From Perkinsus chesapeaki ATCC PRA-425 (taxonomy: Eukaryota > Protista > Perkinsozoa): DNA of 47,302 nt. Every line of letters begins with the position of its first letter. Positions within the stretch are counted from its first letter, which is position 1. Of the stretch, positions 12,981 to 24,541 are shown piece after piece. The position numbers and the translations under genes were made by a program. The notes beneath the pieces were generated by a model. That model made no database searches. It was not told the DNA's origin and saw only the letters and a program-made list of their open reading frames with translations. Location of the stretch: positions 1-47,302 of the forward strand of contig JAAPAO010000248.1 of the NCBI GenBank assembly GCA_013115145.1, in the 5' to 3' direction.

Positions 12981-14884
12981 ATGAGCAAAGGGCACCGGCA
13001 ATGGATACCAACGATGCCGGCCTCATCCCAACGGCGTGCGGTTATGGCTTTCCTGAGTATGACATTTCTATTATCAATATATTGGCAATCGAGACATATA
13101 AGCCTGACGGTAGATAAGCCGACAGTTGCTGTGGCGAAGGAGGAAATTTATAATAGTAACATCAGACAGGCTTTGGCATCAATAACGGAACCGCGTTTAG
13201 TTGAGACCCCGATTAGCTCAGCATGCCCAAAGAGTTGCCCATCACGTTACTTGAGTGGCAATAAATATGTGTGTTGTAATGAAGGTAGATGTAGCAGAGC
13301 AATTGCTGATTGTCCACCACCTTACGGAATATGTCAACAACAATGTAATCAACATCATCAATCAATCTAAACAATACCATCAGGCTCAGTGAAGGTCCTC
13401 GTAATTAACGAAAGTGCACCAGAACCGGTATCACCCGTGCCCCTATGTCTCGCATTATCCCTGAATTCAGAAGCCCATGGCCGATCAAGCCTGTAGAATG
13501 CCCACTACTGCTAGAGTTGGTGGATCCTCGAACATAGGCAACGATATGAGCGCATATTGGCATGTATGTCTCGCAACCCCTCACCGTGATGACGTGCATG
13601 AGTTGTAGGCCTTGGGGGTGGCTGCTGTGACAGGGCAGTCATTCAGCGCACAAGCTGGTATGGGTGGCTCGACCTTCACCGGCTACTTGCCAACTCAGTG
13701 GCATCCTCCCGCTGACTGGCATGGTGATGCCGAGTAGTGGATAGCACTTCTGCTGTGTCCTTCTTTGCTCGTACCAGGAGAGGCAGAGAAGCATGCGAAT
13801 GCAAACGGCCCGAGTTCCCTCACGAGTGCATCGGGGCTTGGACCGAGGTCCGCGGGCTTATACGAGACTTTGTACTTGGATGTTATTTGGTCCATCTAGT
13901 CCACGATTAGGTTCATGATTCTCTCACCCGAGCTGGCCTAACTCAGCAAGTGAAGGACGATATTCTTCCTGATGAAGTATTTGTACATCAACGCTGCGCC
14001 TGGGAGACACTCCTTCTACATGGTCGGATCTAGGCAGCAGCTTCCGTGATTCTAGTAGTACTTCAGGTATGTATGGTCCAATGTCATTCTCGGTATTTGG
14101 CCAAGCGATGAGGGCGACAACAACTAGGGTAACATTTATCGAAGGAAAGGCTGGAGATCCTTGGCTCTGTGTCAAAGTCACATCATGCATCTTATTAATT
14201 GTATTATCCCTGAGTTAACCTTAGATACGCGAGAGTATCCAAGACTATATCAGAAAGGATCATCCAAACGTATCTTTTAGAGTTCTTCTTGGTGACACCA
14301 ACCCCCAATCAATCTCACTTGACTTTGCCAGGCTGGTGCAGTGATCATCCCTCGAATGCTTATCATTATTTCCCTATCCCGTAGGTTTATGCTCCAATAT
14401 TAGTTCGCGGCCCATCATCGTTTAATTTATGGGCAGCACTTGCCAATCGTGGTCAGGTAACCGTTCACTGTCTCCCCTCCAGCCCTCATCTCTAAATTCA
14501 ACTTCACTTTTATTAGCAGTTGGTATCTCCTTGCCATAGAGTAGCACATCACCACCTCGTCGAGTTATACGGCTTCTCGGCCCATTCCCGCTTTTCTCAG
14601 GTCTATTCGCCTCCTAATCCTGAGTCATGGGGATGGTCTACTGTTGAGTTGGGCAGTGATTGGCATTGGGTTACTACGGCCAGAGTGCTTACTAGGAATA
14701 TCGCCAAAGAAGAGGTTGGTTACTGCGGTTGCGGTATCAAATGCTTTCATAGCTCAAACTGAAGCGTCCAATAGAGAAAAAGCCACGTAAGGATGGTGAG
14801 CCAGCATGGACAGATATCTTCCTCGAGAGGGCTCTTCCTTGGCTGCAGGAGGATCCACGTTGGTTCAAGCATGTTAATAACTGA
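12981..14884 (+). CDS. Type II membrane protein, fucosyltransferase (GT11/GT23 superfamily)-like, multi-exon
   Basis: Short cytoplasmic tail plus TM (AVMAFLSMTFLLSIYW) and a stem. Later exons give GSSNIGNDMSAYWH, DEVFVHQRC...YGPMSFSVF and APILVRGPSSFNLWAALANRG, ending ...ALPWLQEDPRWFKHVNN*. These resemble, in order, the GN-x-M, H-x-R and S-[ST]-F-x-W-x-A motifs of GT11-like enzymes. Confidence 0.5.
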
Positions 14885-14970
14885 CAATAGCTGCTTATTT
14901 CTTCACCACATCATTAGTAATTGTGTTTATCATCAGTACCATATAGCCTTCATCAGTCTGACCAGTTACC

Positions 14971-16335
<1,365 letters not shown>

Positions 16336-16576
16336 TGTCTGCTACTGGTCTTACTGTGGATTGATGATTTATGCTTGAAATTGTTTCTCACTGAGAGCTG
16401 CGGATTTGCGTTGTAAGTGGCCGTCATTCATCGATCGACGAATATCTTTGGGAATCGCTTAATAAAGAGTTGTAGCCCAAATACAGTGGGTTTCCCTATT
16501 AAGGCTATTCCTGTGCATTCGGATCCTTAACCATCCATCAGCTCCCCAGTAGGTCTCCCAGCTATTCTGCAGTGCA

Positions 16577-16640
16577 TGTATAAAGATCGGATATAAACAT
16601 AAGGATATAAATATGTATAAAGATAAGGATATAAACATCG
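16577..16640. repeat. AT-rich degenerate minisatellite ((AA)GGATATAAA-like units)
   Basis: GTATAAAGATCGGATATAAACATAAGGATATAAATATGTATAAAGATAAGGATATAAACATCGG, in the spacer where + and - gene blocks converge. Confidence 0.6.
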
Positions 16641-17281
16641 GGTCTTACGAGTACGGAGAAGTATCATGTTTCAGTGAAACTTAAATCTGTAAACGCTCAG
16701 TGTCCTAGAAGTTCTAGGCTAGAGCGCATTGTTGGACGCATGCCGAGATCCTAACGCTGCCGCAGAGGCTTCCCACCGTACACGAAGCTTCGACGAGGCC
16801 GACAAGCGCCGACCATTCTATATCGGCTAAGCCCATGCGTCTCTTCAACAACTGACAGAATCGTGCAAGACTGCTGCGAAAACAGTTTTAAACTGTGCCT
16901 CGAACACCGTCGACCACCGTATGGGGTTCACGATCTTCGGACAGTTTTTTTAAGAGGTTATCGTGCTCCGTTGGGTGCTGATGCCGCTGTTGATTGGTGA
17001 CTCTGCCGTCGATGGGCGGGTTGATTGAGATTACTTACAAACACCCGTGAGGCATACCACCGGCACTGTCAGAGTGAATAGCAGTAGTTTCGTCATCAAT
17101 GAGGCAACTATCAAGTTTGTTCAACATTGTACAAGCCTCGATCGAGACCGTCTATGTACTCTAGCAACGAGACTTTCAACACTGTACAAGTGACAACGCA
17201 AGCTGCAAACCGAAGAGAAAGTCCGAGGAGAGTCATAAGGCAATAGTAAGGGTATTTTACAATGGGATCGTTCAGCTTCGT

Positions 17282-17500
17282 TCACGACCGCCTTCGCCAC
17301 AGGGCTAGAATGGTATTCTTGTTTTTCATAGCCTAACAAAGCATACACTGACACATTACCGCAACCACAGAGCTCACCATAGCTGTTATCGGGGCCACTA
17401 CAAACACCAACATTATGAGGGCTCCAGTGAGATATGAAAGAAATGAATAATCCAAGTCTGCCGCCGCCGGTGCCGCTATACTATTATCAGCTGCTCCCAT
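17282..17500 (-). CDS. Candidate two-exon single-TM microprotein (~57 aa)
   Basis: MGAADNSIAAPAAADLDYSFLSYLTGALIMLVFVVAPITAM, then a GTGAGC...TTAG intron, then AMKNKNTILALWRRRS*. An alternative frame continuing to ~17121 or further cannot be excluded. Confidence 0.35.
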
Positions 17501-17592
17501 TTGTATATGTTATCAAAACCTGCTAAAACTGATCACTGTACTGTACTGAACGCAAAACACTATTCCACACCGGGAGCAACAACAGCAACAGT

Positions 17593-18544
17593 TCATGCTT
17601 CATTGGCCTCATCTTGCACATTGTCCTCCTCATTACCTACACAACAGATACGCTGCCCGCACGCCCCAGCCTACCCTCAAGGGTTTCACCATCCTCTGTA
17701 GGCTGCTGATCATCATCAGTGCTCTCCTCCTTGGAAGCCTCCTCCAACACTTCACCTTCCTCGACAGCATACCTGTAAATAGCGTTGATACGCTTTACTG
17801 CAGCTCTCTTGGACCTATTCTTCCATGCGCCCTTGTAGAAGAGCCAATCCGCCATCTGCGGTTCCCCTGCAAATGCCGCCAGATGTTGCACAGTCATCCC
17901 TGCTGAATCCGTGCTGTTCATTCTGAAGCAGACTTCTTCCACTTTCACCAGCCAGGATCTCTCACATAGCTCCCTTCGACACCAGCAACGCCACCGCATC
18001 ATGCTTTCGGGCGCAGACGGCTTGGAATAAAGCTGACTCACCGGCACTGAAGATGAGGCGAGAATGCGCAGAGGGCTCATTGACCACGACTTAGTCGTGA
18101 CGACTACCCACCCATCTAGAGTGTTAATATCTGCACTGCTCTCCAAGAGTAGCTCCACTAATGCTGTATGGCCATATCTAGCGGCTTCATGCAATGGAGT
18201 GCTGATAACATAATAAGATATTAACACGTTGAACAAGTAACTAACCGCCCATCTCGATCCTTGAAGTTAACATCAGCACGCTTGTCGATGAGATATCTCA
18301 CTGCGGGCTCATTGTTCTTCCAGGTAGCCTCCCAAAGAGCGCTAAGGTAAGGCACCACCACTGCGGAGCTAGATAATAACGTAGATTATACATACCTTCT
18401 AAAGTACGGTTTTTCACTGTAGTTGAGGCCATCTTGGCCTTGTATTCGGACTACTTCGCTGGCCAGGAATCTTACACCTTTCTCGCCGTCCATCATACCA
18501 AGTCGCGCTTGTTTCATCAACTCTTTATTGTTCTCCAACGCCAT
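17593..18544 (-). CDS. Ankyrin-repeat protein with acidic tail, multi-exon
   Basis: ALWEATWKNNEPAVRYLIDKRADVNFKDRDG, TPLHEAARYGHTALVELLLESSADINTLD, SAGMTVQHLAAFAGEPQMADWL. Confidence 0.85.
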
Positions 18545-18760
18545 TACTATTGCTTATCTTCACACTATGACAACAACTCCTATACTTCCCATCAACACAG
18601 CAACCAAACTGAATGAATACAAAATTCTGAATGTAAGCCATTCAGCACCACCAAGATGAAGCTAATGGGCAATAAGCCTGTGTGGTGGTGGCATGAGAGA
18701 AAAAGTATCAAACAGAGTTTGCCAAACCTTCACTGTATCATACAAAAGTCGGCAATGCAC

Positions 18761-20447
18761 TCAAACTGGGCTTCTGATATCATCATCCTCATCATCACCG
18801 ATCGACTCCCTATCGACTTCAGAGGTGTTACCATCGCAGGTAGACTCTCCAGTGTAGCAAGAATCTCTGTGGCAGCAAGCATCCTGAAACATGCACGCTA
18901 CATAACGATGAAAGGCACAACAGAATTCACCTTCCTTTCATCGGAATTAAGATCCTCCGGAGAGCTTGCCTCCAACTGGAAGGTAGAGTGTGTTATGCCC
19001 AACTCCTGCGCAACTTTTTTAGCTTCCGCCAACACCGCACCTAAAGCGCCTGCATTTTAGTAAATAACACAGCAGCTCAACACAATCTACCGCAATTGTG
19101 GCATCCTTCCAGAGCAAGATGGGCTGTACAGATCGGGTTGGCAGATCCAACGTTCCAAACATGCACATCATGAACCTGGTTACGGTAACCGTAAGATACT
19201 TCAGAGGTTGGAAAGAGCTTACACATTGTACATGCTGAATATTCTTAAGTTGTTTGGCAAACCTAGTGACATCAACGTCCTCTGGGGCCTTTTGCATAAG
19301 AGCACTCAAAGACCGTCTCAGAGTACCTGCACAACAGTGAGCAGCAGCATGGGACAAGGTGAGACGGTAAGTATTACGGTAGGTTGTAAGAAGGACCAGT
19401 ATTGAGAATATTATAGTACAAATGGGATCAAAGTAACTAATAAAAGTGTTAGATAGGGAAGGATAGTAATAATAATAATGATGACACTACTTCCAATGAG
19501 AGATACCATCACTAGTGTAGCCAATGTCAAATGGCTTCCACCATATCAGTACAGCAGCAACAATAACTCCAATAGACTGAACCTGTGAACGTACTAATAG
19601 CATACCACCGCCAGCCTCATCATCATCAACAAGCCGAGCTACTACTTACCAGATCCCCAAGTATATGAATGAAAGCAGCATCCAGCGCAAGGTTGCGTAT
19701 ACGACGACTTGGAGGAGGAGAAGTACGATGGGCAGATTCATGACCGTCATTACCTGTATTTATAGACTACAAGGCTGCTGCTGTCTTTTACTATAATACA
19801 TTTATTACCTTCCTCATCGACGTGCTCTGAATCATTATGGCCATCAATGTGACCGTGACCATGACTATGCCCATGACTATGCCCATGACTGTGATTGTGA
19901 CCAAGCACAAGCATCATGATAATATTCACAACAAGGCCAGCAACCTGATGTATCGTTAACCAAGAAGCTAGGGAGCGAGTAGCATACTGCTAAGGAGAAC
20001 ATCACTGTGCCATTGACATCTTCAGGAGTAATAAACCTCTTAATAGCCTCGACAAATAGTATGATAGTCGTTGCCCAAATAATCATTATCGATATCAACG
20101 CTCCAACAACCTCAGACTGCCAAAACCCATATCTGCCAGTACTTCACTAAAGCACAACCAACAACAACTACTACGTGTAATATGAGTTGGCCTTGCGACT
20201 GCTTAGCTTTATAGCAATCAAAGATACTATAAACCCAGATATATCTGATAGAATATGAGCAGCGTCAGCTACCTAAAAGAAGCCAGCTGTGTCGGATGCA
20301 TACAGGGAGCTAGTTTACTATGGCGAGCGATCTTGCGATGATGCCTCCTACAACCTCTGCGATCATAAAAATTGTCGCTATAGCTATAACAGCCAAGAGC
20401 CTTCGCTTTATACGCTTTAGTTCATGTTCACGACTATTACGACCCAT
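18761..20447 (-). CDS. Cation diffusion facilitator, Zn-CDF (ZnT/MTP1-like), paralog 1
   Basis: [26 protein letters not shown] (TM2), His-rich loop [27 protein letters not shown] (TM5), [12 protein letters not shown]. Confidence 0.9.
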
Positions 20448-20714
20448 AGCTGCTGCACTCATTCAAGGTGAAAGAAAAAGAGTTGACCCTGCCATGTGAT
20501 ACATTGATGAGAACACAACAAGCTGCAAGACTGTACTCGGTGGGAAATGCGACGAGTTAAAACCCACTACTATAGTTCAGATATAATACGGTGATGCCGA
20601 TAGCGTCTGGAAGGCATCGGTGACGCTTATGGTGGATGGAAAAGTGACACAAGGCACAGCAGACTCCTCAACGGCGATGACTTTTCCTGGCTCTTGTGAT
20701 TAAAGCAATATATT

Positions 20715-22745
20715 CTACATCATCAGTGTTGTGGCTGAAAATGGGACAATCTCCAGGACCCATATTAGATATTATAGTTTACCTTAAGCAATGGCGACGA
20801 GCCCTTCGGTGAGACTATAACAACTGGTGCTGATATGGCCTCTGATGGAGCACCACATGTATCATCTCCTTTATTACATGCTTGATTATGACAACATGAA
20901 TTCTACAAAGTGGAAATAAACCCATGTGCTATCAAACTTATCTACGCCTACTACGGAGAATACCATAACCCATCTAAAAGTGTGATATTATACCGTGCAT
21001 AATAATATATAAGCCATTCCAAACAATAAAGTCTATTGTGCCCTGGTTATTATACGGTCTCCCTCTAGAATCCTTTAGTACCTGTAGCCTGTCCACATCG
21101 ACATCTTCAGCTCTTGCCTCTAGCTGAAAGGTGGTATGGCTTATACCCATATCGTTAGCTACCTTGGTAGCTTCATCTAGTACTTGACCTAAGCCATCAT
21201 ATTATACTACCCATTATCCAGTACTGCTACTACTTACTGCAGTTAGAGCAGCCTGATACAACTATATGAGCGGTACATATAGCACTACTAGAGCCTATGC
21301 TCCATACATGGACATCGTGTACCTAAGTTGATAGTAACCAAGACTATCCTTTACTGCTACTACCCCCTTACACATTGGACATGCTCCACATGCCTTAGCT
21401 TAGTCTGTAGTAAATCCACATCTACGTCATCCGGTACTCTTTGCATCAGGATATGCACTGATTGCTTTACAGTCTCTAAAAAGAAGGAGTATACAGGTGA
21501 ATGATAGTGGTGAATGCAGAGGAGGAAGACTGCCTACTGAAGGTGGTGAACATAACCAGGATCGAGAATAGTACGGTACAAGCCGGATCTGCGTAGCTGA
21601 TCAAAAAGCCGGTGCAGTACAAACACTACGTAAGCGATACCTACTTCCATTTTGAAACACCGTCAGCATAGCCGACATTAAAAGGCTTCCAATAGATGAG
21701 CACGGCAGCTAGCAGCACTCCAAGGGATTGTATCTTAGAAAGGTTTATGGCAATACTGTGGTGGTGGCGTTGGGATACTTACTATATCTCCAAGGACATG
21801 TACCACTGCTGCATCTAGGGCAAGATTGTGGCTTTCTGAAGGGAAGGCTTGAATAAGCTATAGAGTATGTATCTTACCGTGGGAGTGACTGTGACTATGA
21901 CTGTGTCCCTCTTCAACGTCGGAAGCCTGCTGCTTCCCATGGGAATGGCCATGAGAGGCTCCACCATGGGTGTGGTTATGGCCAAGGGTTGCCATAAGGC
22001 AAAAGTTAACAAGCAAACCAATCAACTGGAAATGGCACAGTACTGACTGGTACCAAGTTGAGCGCTACTTACCGCCATAATGCTCATAAGGCCACCATTG
22101 ACCTCCTCCAGCTTGATGAACCTCTGTATGGCCTCCCATAGTAGGACACCTGTCATGAACCATACTATCATAACAGAGAACAAGGCCCCTAGGATCTCAG
22201 CCTGTCGGTAGCCGTATCTGCGGGAAGATGTGGGGGAAAGTTGGTAGAAAAGGAACTGTTACGTGTATTGGGATGTAGGGGCTTTGGCTGCCAGAACAAC
22301 AGCGAAGAGAGATACAGCAAATCCTGATACATCAGACATAATATGGGCAGCATCAGTAACCTGATCAGAAGAAAGAGTGGTATGAGATAATATACCAAGT
22401 GCCTTACAATAGCAAGGGAATGTGCTAATATACCACCAACGATCTCGAGTATCATGAAGAACACAGACAGGCATATAGCCCTTCGAAGCCTCCGCTGAAC
22501 CTATTTGATCAACCTTACTATAGTAATAGTTATTAACCTCCTACATCCCTGGCCTGTTCCATCTCCTCAGTAGTCTGAGCTCTACCTCTATTAGGGGCTG
22601 GTACTATCCTTTCCTTAGGTATTGCTACTGCTGTTAGACTTGTATTAGTTATACTATTCCTTCCCTTAATAGCAGCAGGATGAGTATGATCTGATGGCCC
22701 CTGTGCATCGAGTAAAGGGGATTTCAATTCAGAAGGGGATGTCAT
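20715..22745 (-). CDS. Cation diffusion facilitator, Zn-CDF (ZnT/MTP1-like), paralog 2
   Basis: FFMILEIVGGILAHSLAI, TDAAHIMSD, loop GHNHTHGGASHGHSHG...GHSHSHSHSH, AAVVHVLGD, DMGISHTTFQLE. The 3' end is approximate. Confidence 0.9.
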
Positions 22746-22986
22746 AATTAATAACTAACTGACACCCATTACTGTCTTTCCCATTATACTACCCATCGGG
22801 CTAGAAGTCAGCAAGTCACAACGGCACCTCTCTTCCCACCACTATTCTGCTAAGTATTTAGCGCTCGCCCTGTGGCCTTTCGCCCTTCACCGTGAGTCTT
22901 CTTCTTCTCCTTCCCGTCCTATATTAGCGATATTATTCTATGCAGTTCATTCAAGTGGCATTCGGCCACTTCGATATTTGTTACCA

Positions 22987-24198
22987 ATGAGATTTTTTGA
23001 ACGTACCCACACATTTCCATACGACTGGGAAACATGTAAGTTAGTAGCGGGCGGCAGCGTGATGCGTTCCTGTTGAGCTCGGTTTAAGTATATCCATGGA
23101 TTCCGGGGGTGTATTATACACCATTGCTTTCATTAGTAATAGGAAAGATACTCGACGAGGTTGACCATGCAAGATGCATGATATGTCGAGAATTGTTATT
23201 TTGACATCTTCCAAATGAGAGTGAAACATCAGGTACATCGGCTTGGTGGACCAAGTATCCTAATCCCGAGCAGGCTCATGTGAAGGAGGTTGACACCCTT
23301 TGCCGAGAAGTGGATAAGGACTCAGGGGTACCATCTCACCCCTTCATGCAGTGTAGAGGTTTTCTATAGAAACTGCGAGTCCGACGATTGTTCTATCTCG
23401 AGTACGATCTCCCAAGTTGGGTTAAAGTGATGTACAAAAGGAATATGGAGGTAGTGACCAGCAGTGTGCTAGTGCCGCATTATCGATATAGGGATATGCT
23501 ATTGAGGACGTCGAATGTGATGTTAAGAAGAAGGTCCTCGTGGCAAAGGGATCCAACTACACCTTCAGTAGGCCTCCGCTTCCTCCTCGATAGCCTTATT
23601 GAACATATCTGCAGGCAGCTTTTTCCGCATGCAGGAGACCATCACTTACGAGCGCCATCCAGAGAACCCAGAGTAGGTCACCAATCACTCTTGGCCGCCT
23701 AACATTCGCCTGTCAGGTGGACCCTTTACCACCAACGTATGAATTTTACCGTATCTGGCTTAGGGGTACTCTGCGGTAGACTAGAGCAGGCAGCCCGAGA
23801 CAGCTCGGCTCAGAAGGCCCATAATGGTAATAGATGGAGGTGGCGTGGGAATGACGGCTTTGTAGGAGTCACTGTCATGCACAAATTAATAGAACGTTTA
23901 CATCTTACTAACTGGAAAGCCGACTTGGATTCCTGGAGGCAAGAGGTAGTAGCTGGGAATAGAACCCAGGACCGCCTGGATGAGAGTACGGATGCTTAAC
24001 CAGGTCTCCAAGATGACTGATGATGCCTTGGAGAAGGGCCGCATTACCGCAGGAGAGGCGGCCGAACGTCTGAGACGGTTCCAATCGGAAGCGAAGGGTC
24101 GCATCCAACGGGTGGAGACCTCCTTCATCAACCGAGTTGCCAGAGCTGCAGTAGTACCCATGCCTTTCACTCTGACCAGAGAAGCTGCTGCTCTTTAG
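22987..24198 (+). CDS. PRELI/MSF1 (Ups/SLMO2-like) mitochondrial lipid-transfer protein
   Basis: MRFFERTHTFPYDWET|CTSAWWTKYPNPEQAHVKEVDTLCREVD...RRLFYLEYDLPSWVK matches the PRELI start (F-x-x-x-W-E-x-V-x-x-A-x-W-x-KYPNP...HV...D). Has a helical C-terminal extension. Confidence 0.85.
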
Positions 24199-24541
24199 GT
24201 TCACTGTGATGCCGGGGAGGTTGCCTCAACTCTAATAGACCATAACGATTTCCCCCCTTCACCGTCGCCCGAGTCCACTTCGGACTAGGGCATTAGGTGG
24301 CCGTATTAGGGATCATGCTTGCTCTATTATTACTAATACTATCGATGCCTATGTAATTTACTTTTTCCAGCCATCATACACCCCGGCACTATATCATGTT
24401 TCGTGTGCCCAGGCGTATCTTAGGTCGGGTTTGACCCTCTGCATCATTTAAGCCTTACCATTATAGTGGATGATGATTTATTTATGTGTTGAGTTCAAGT
24501 TGATCTATAGAGTGTCTTTAGTACATCCCCTTCTGTAGTCC

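Noticed and set aside
12981-13370. 129-aa ORF as a stand-alone Cys-rich secreted peptide
   Set aside because: Downstream + strand exons carry glycosyltransferase-like motifs, so this is more likely exon 1 with read-through into an intron.
18428-18438. GCCATCTTGGC, an 11-nt match to the Perkinsus-type spliced leader
   Set aside because: The flanks do not match, it is antisense inside an ankyrin-gene exon, and it is not upstream of any + strand ATG. No relict SL or SL-RNA gene was seen in the window.
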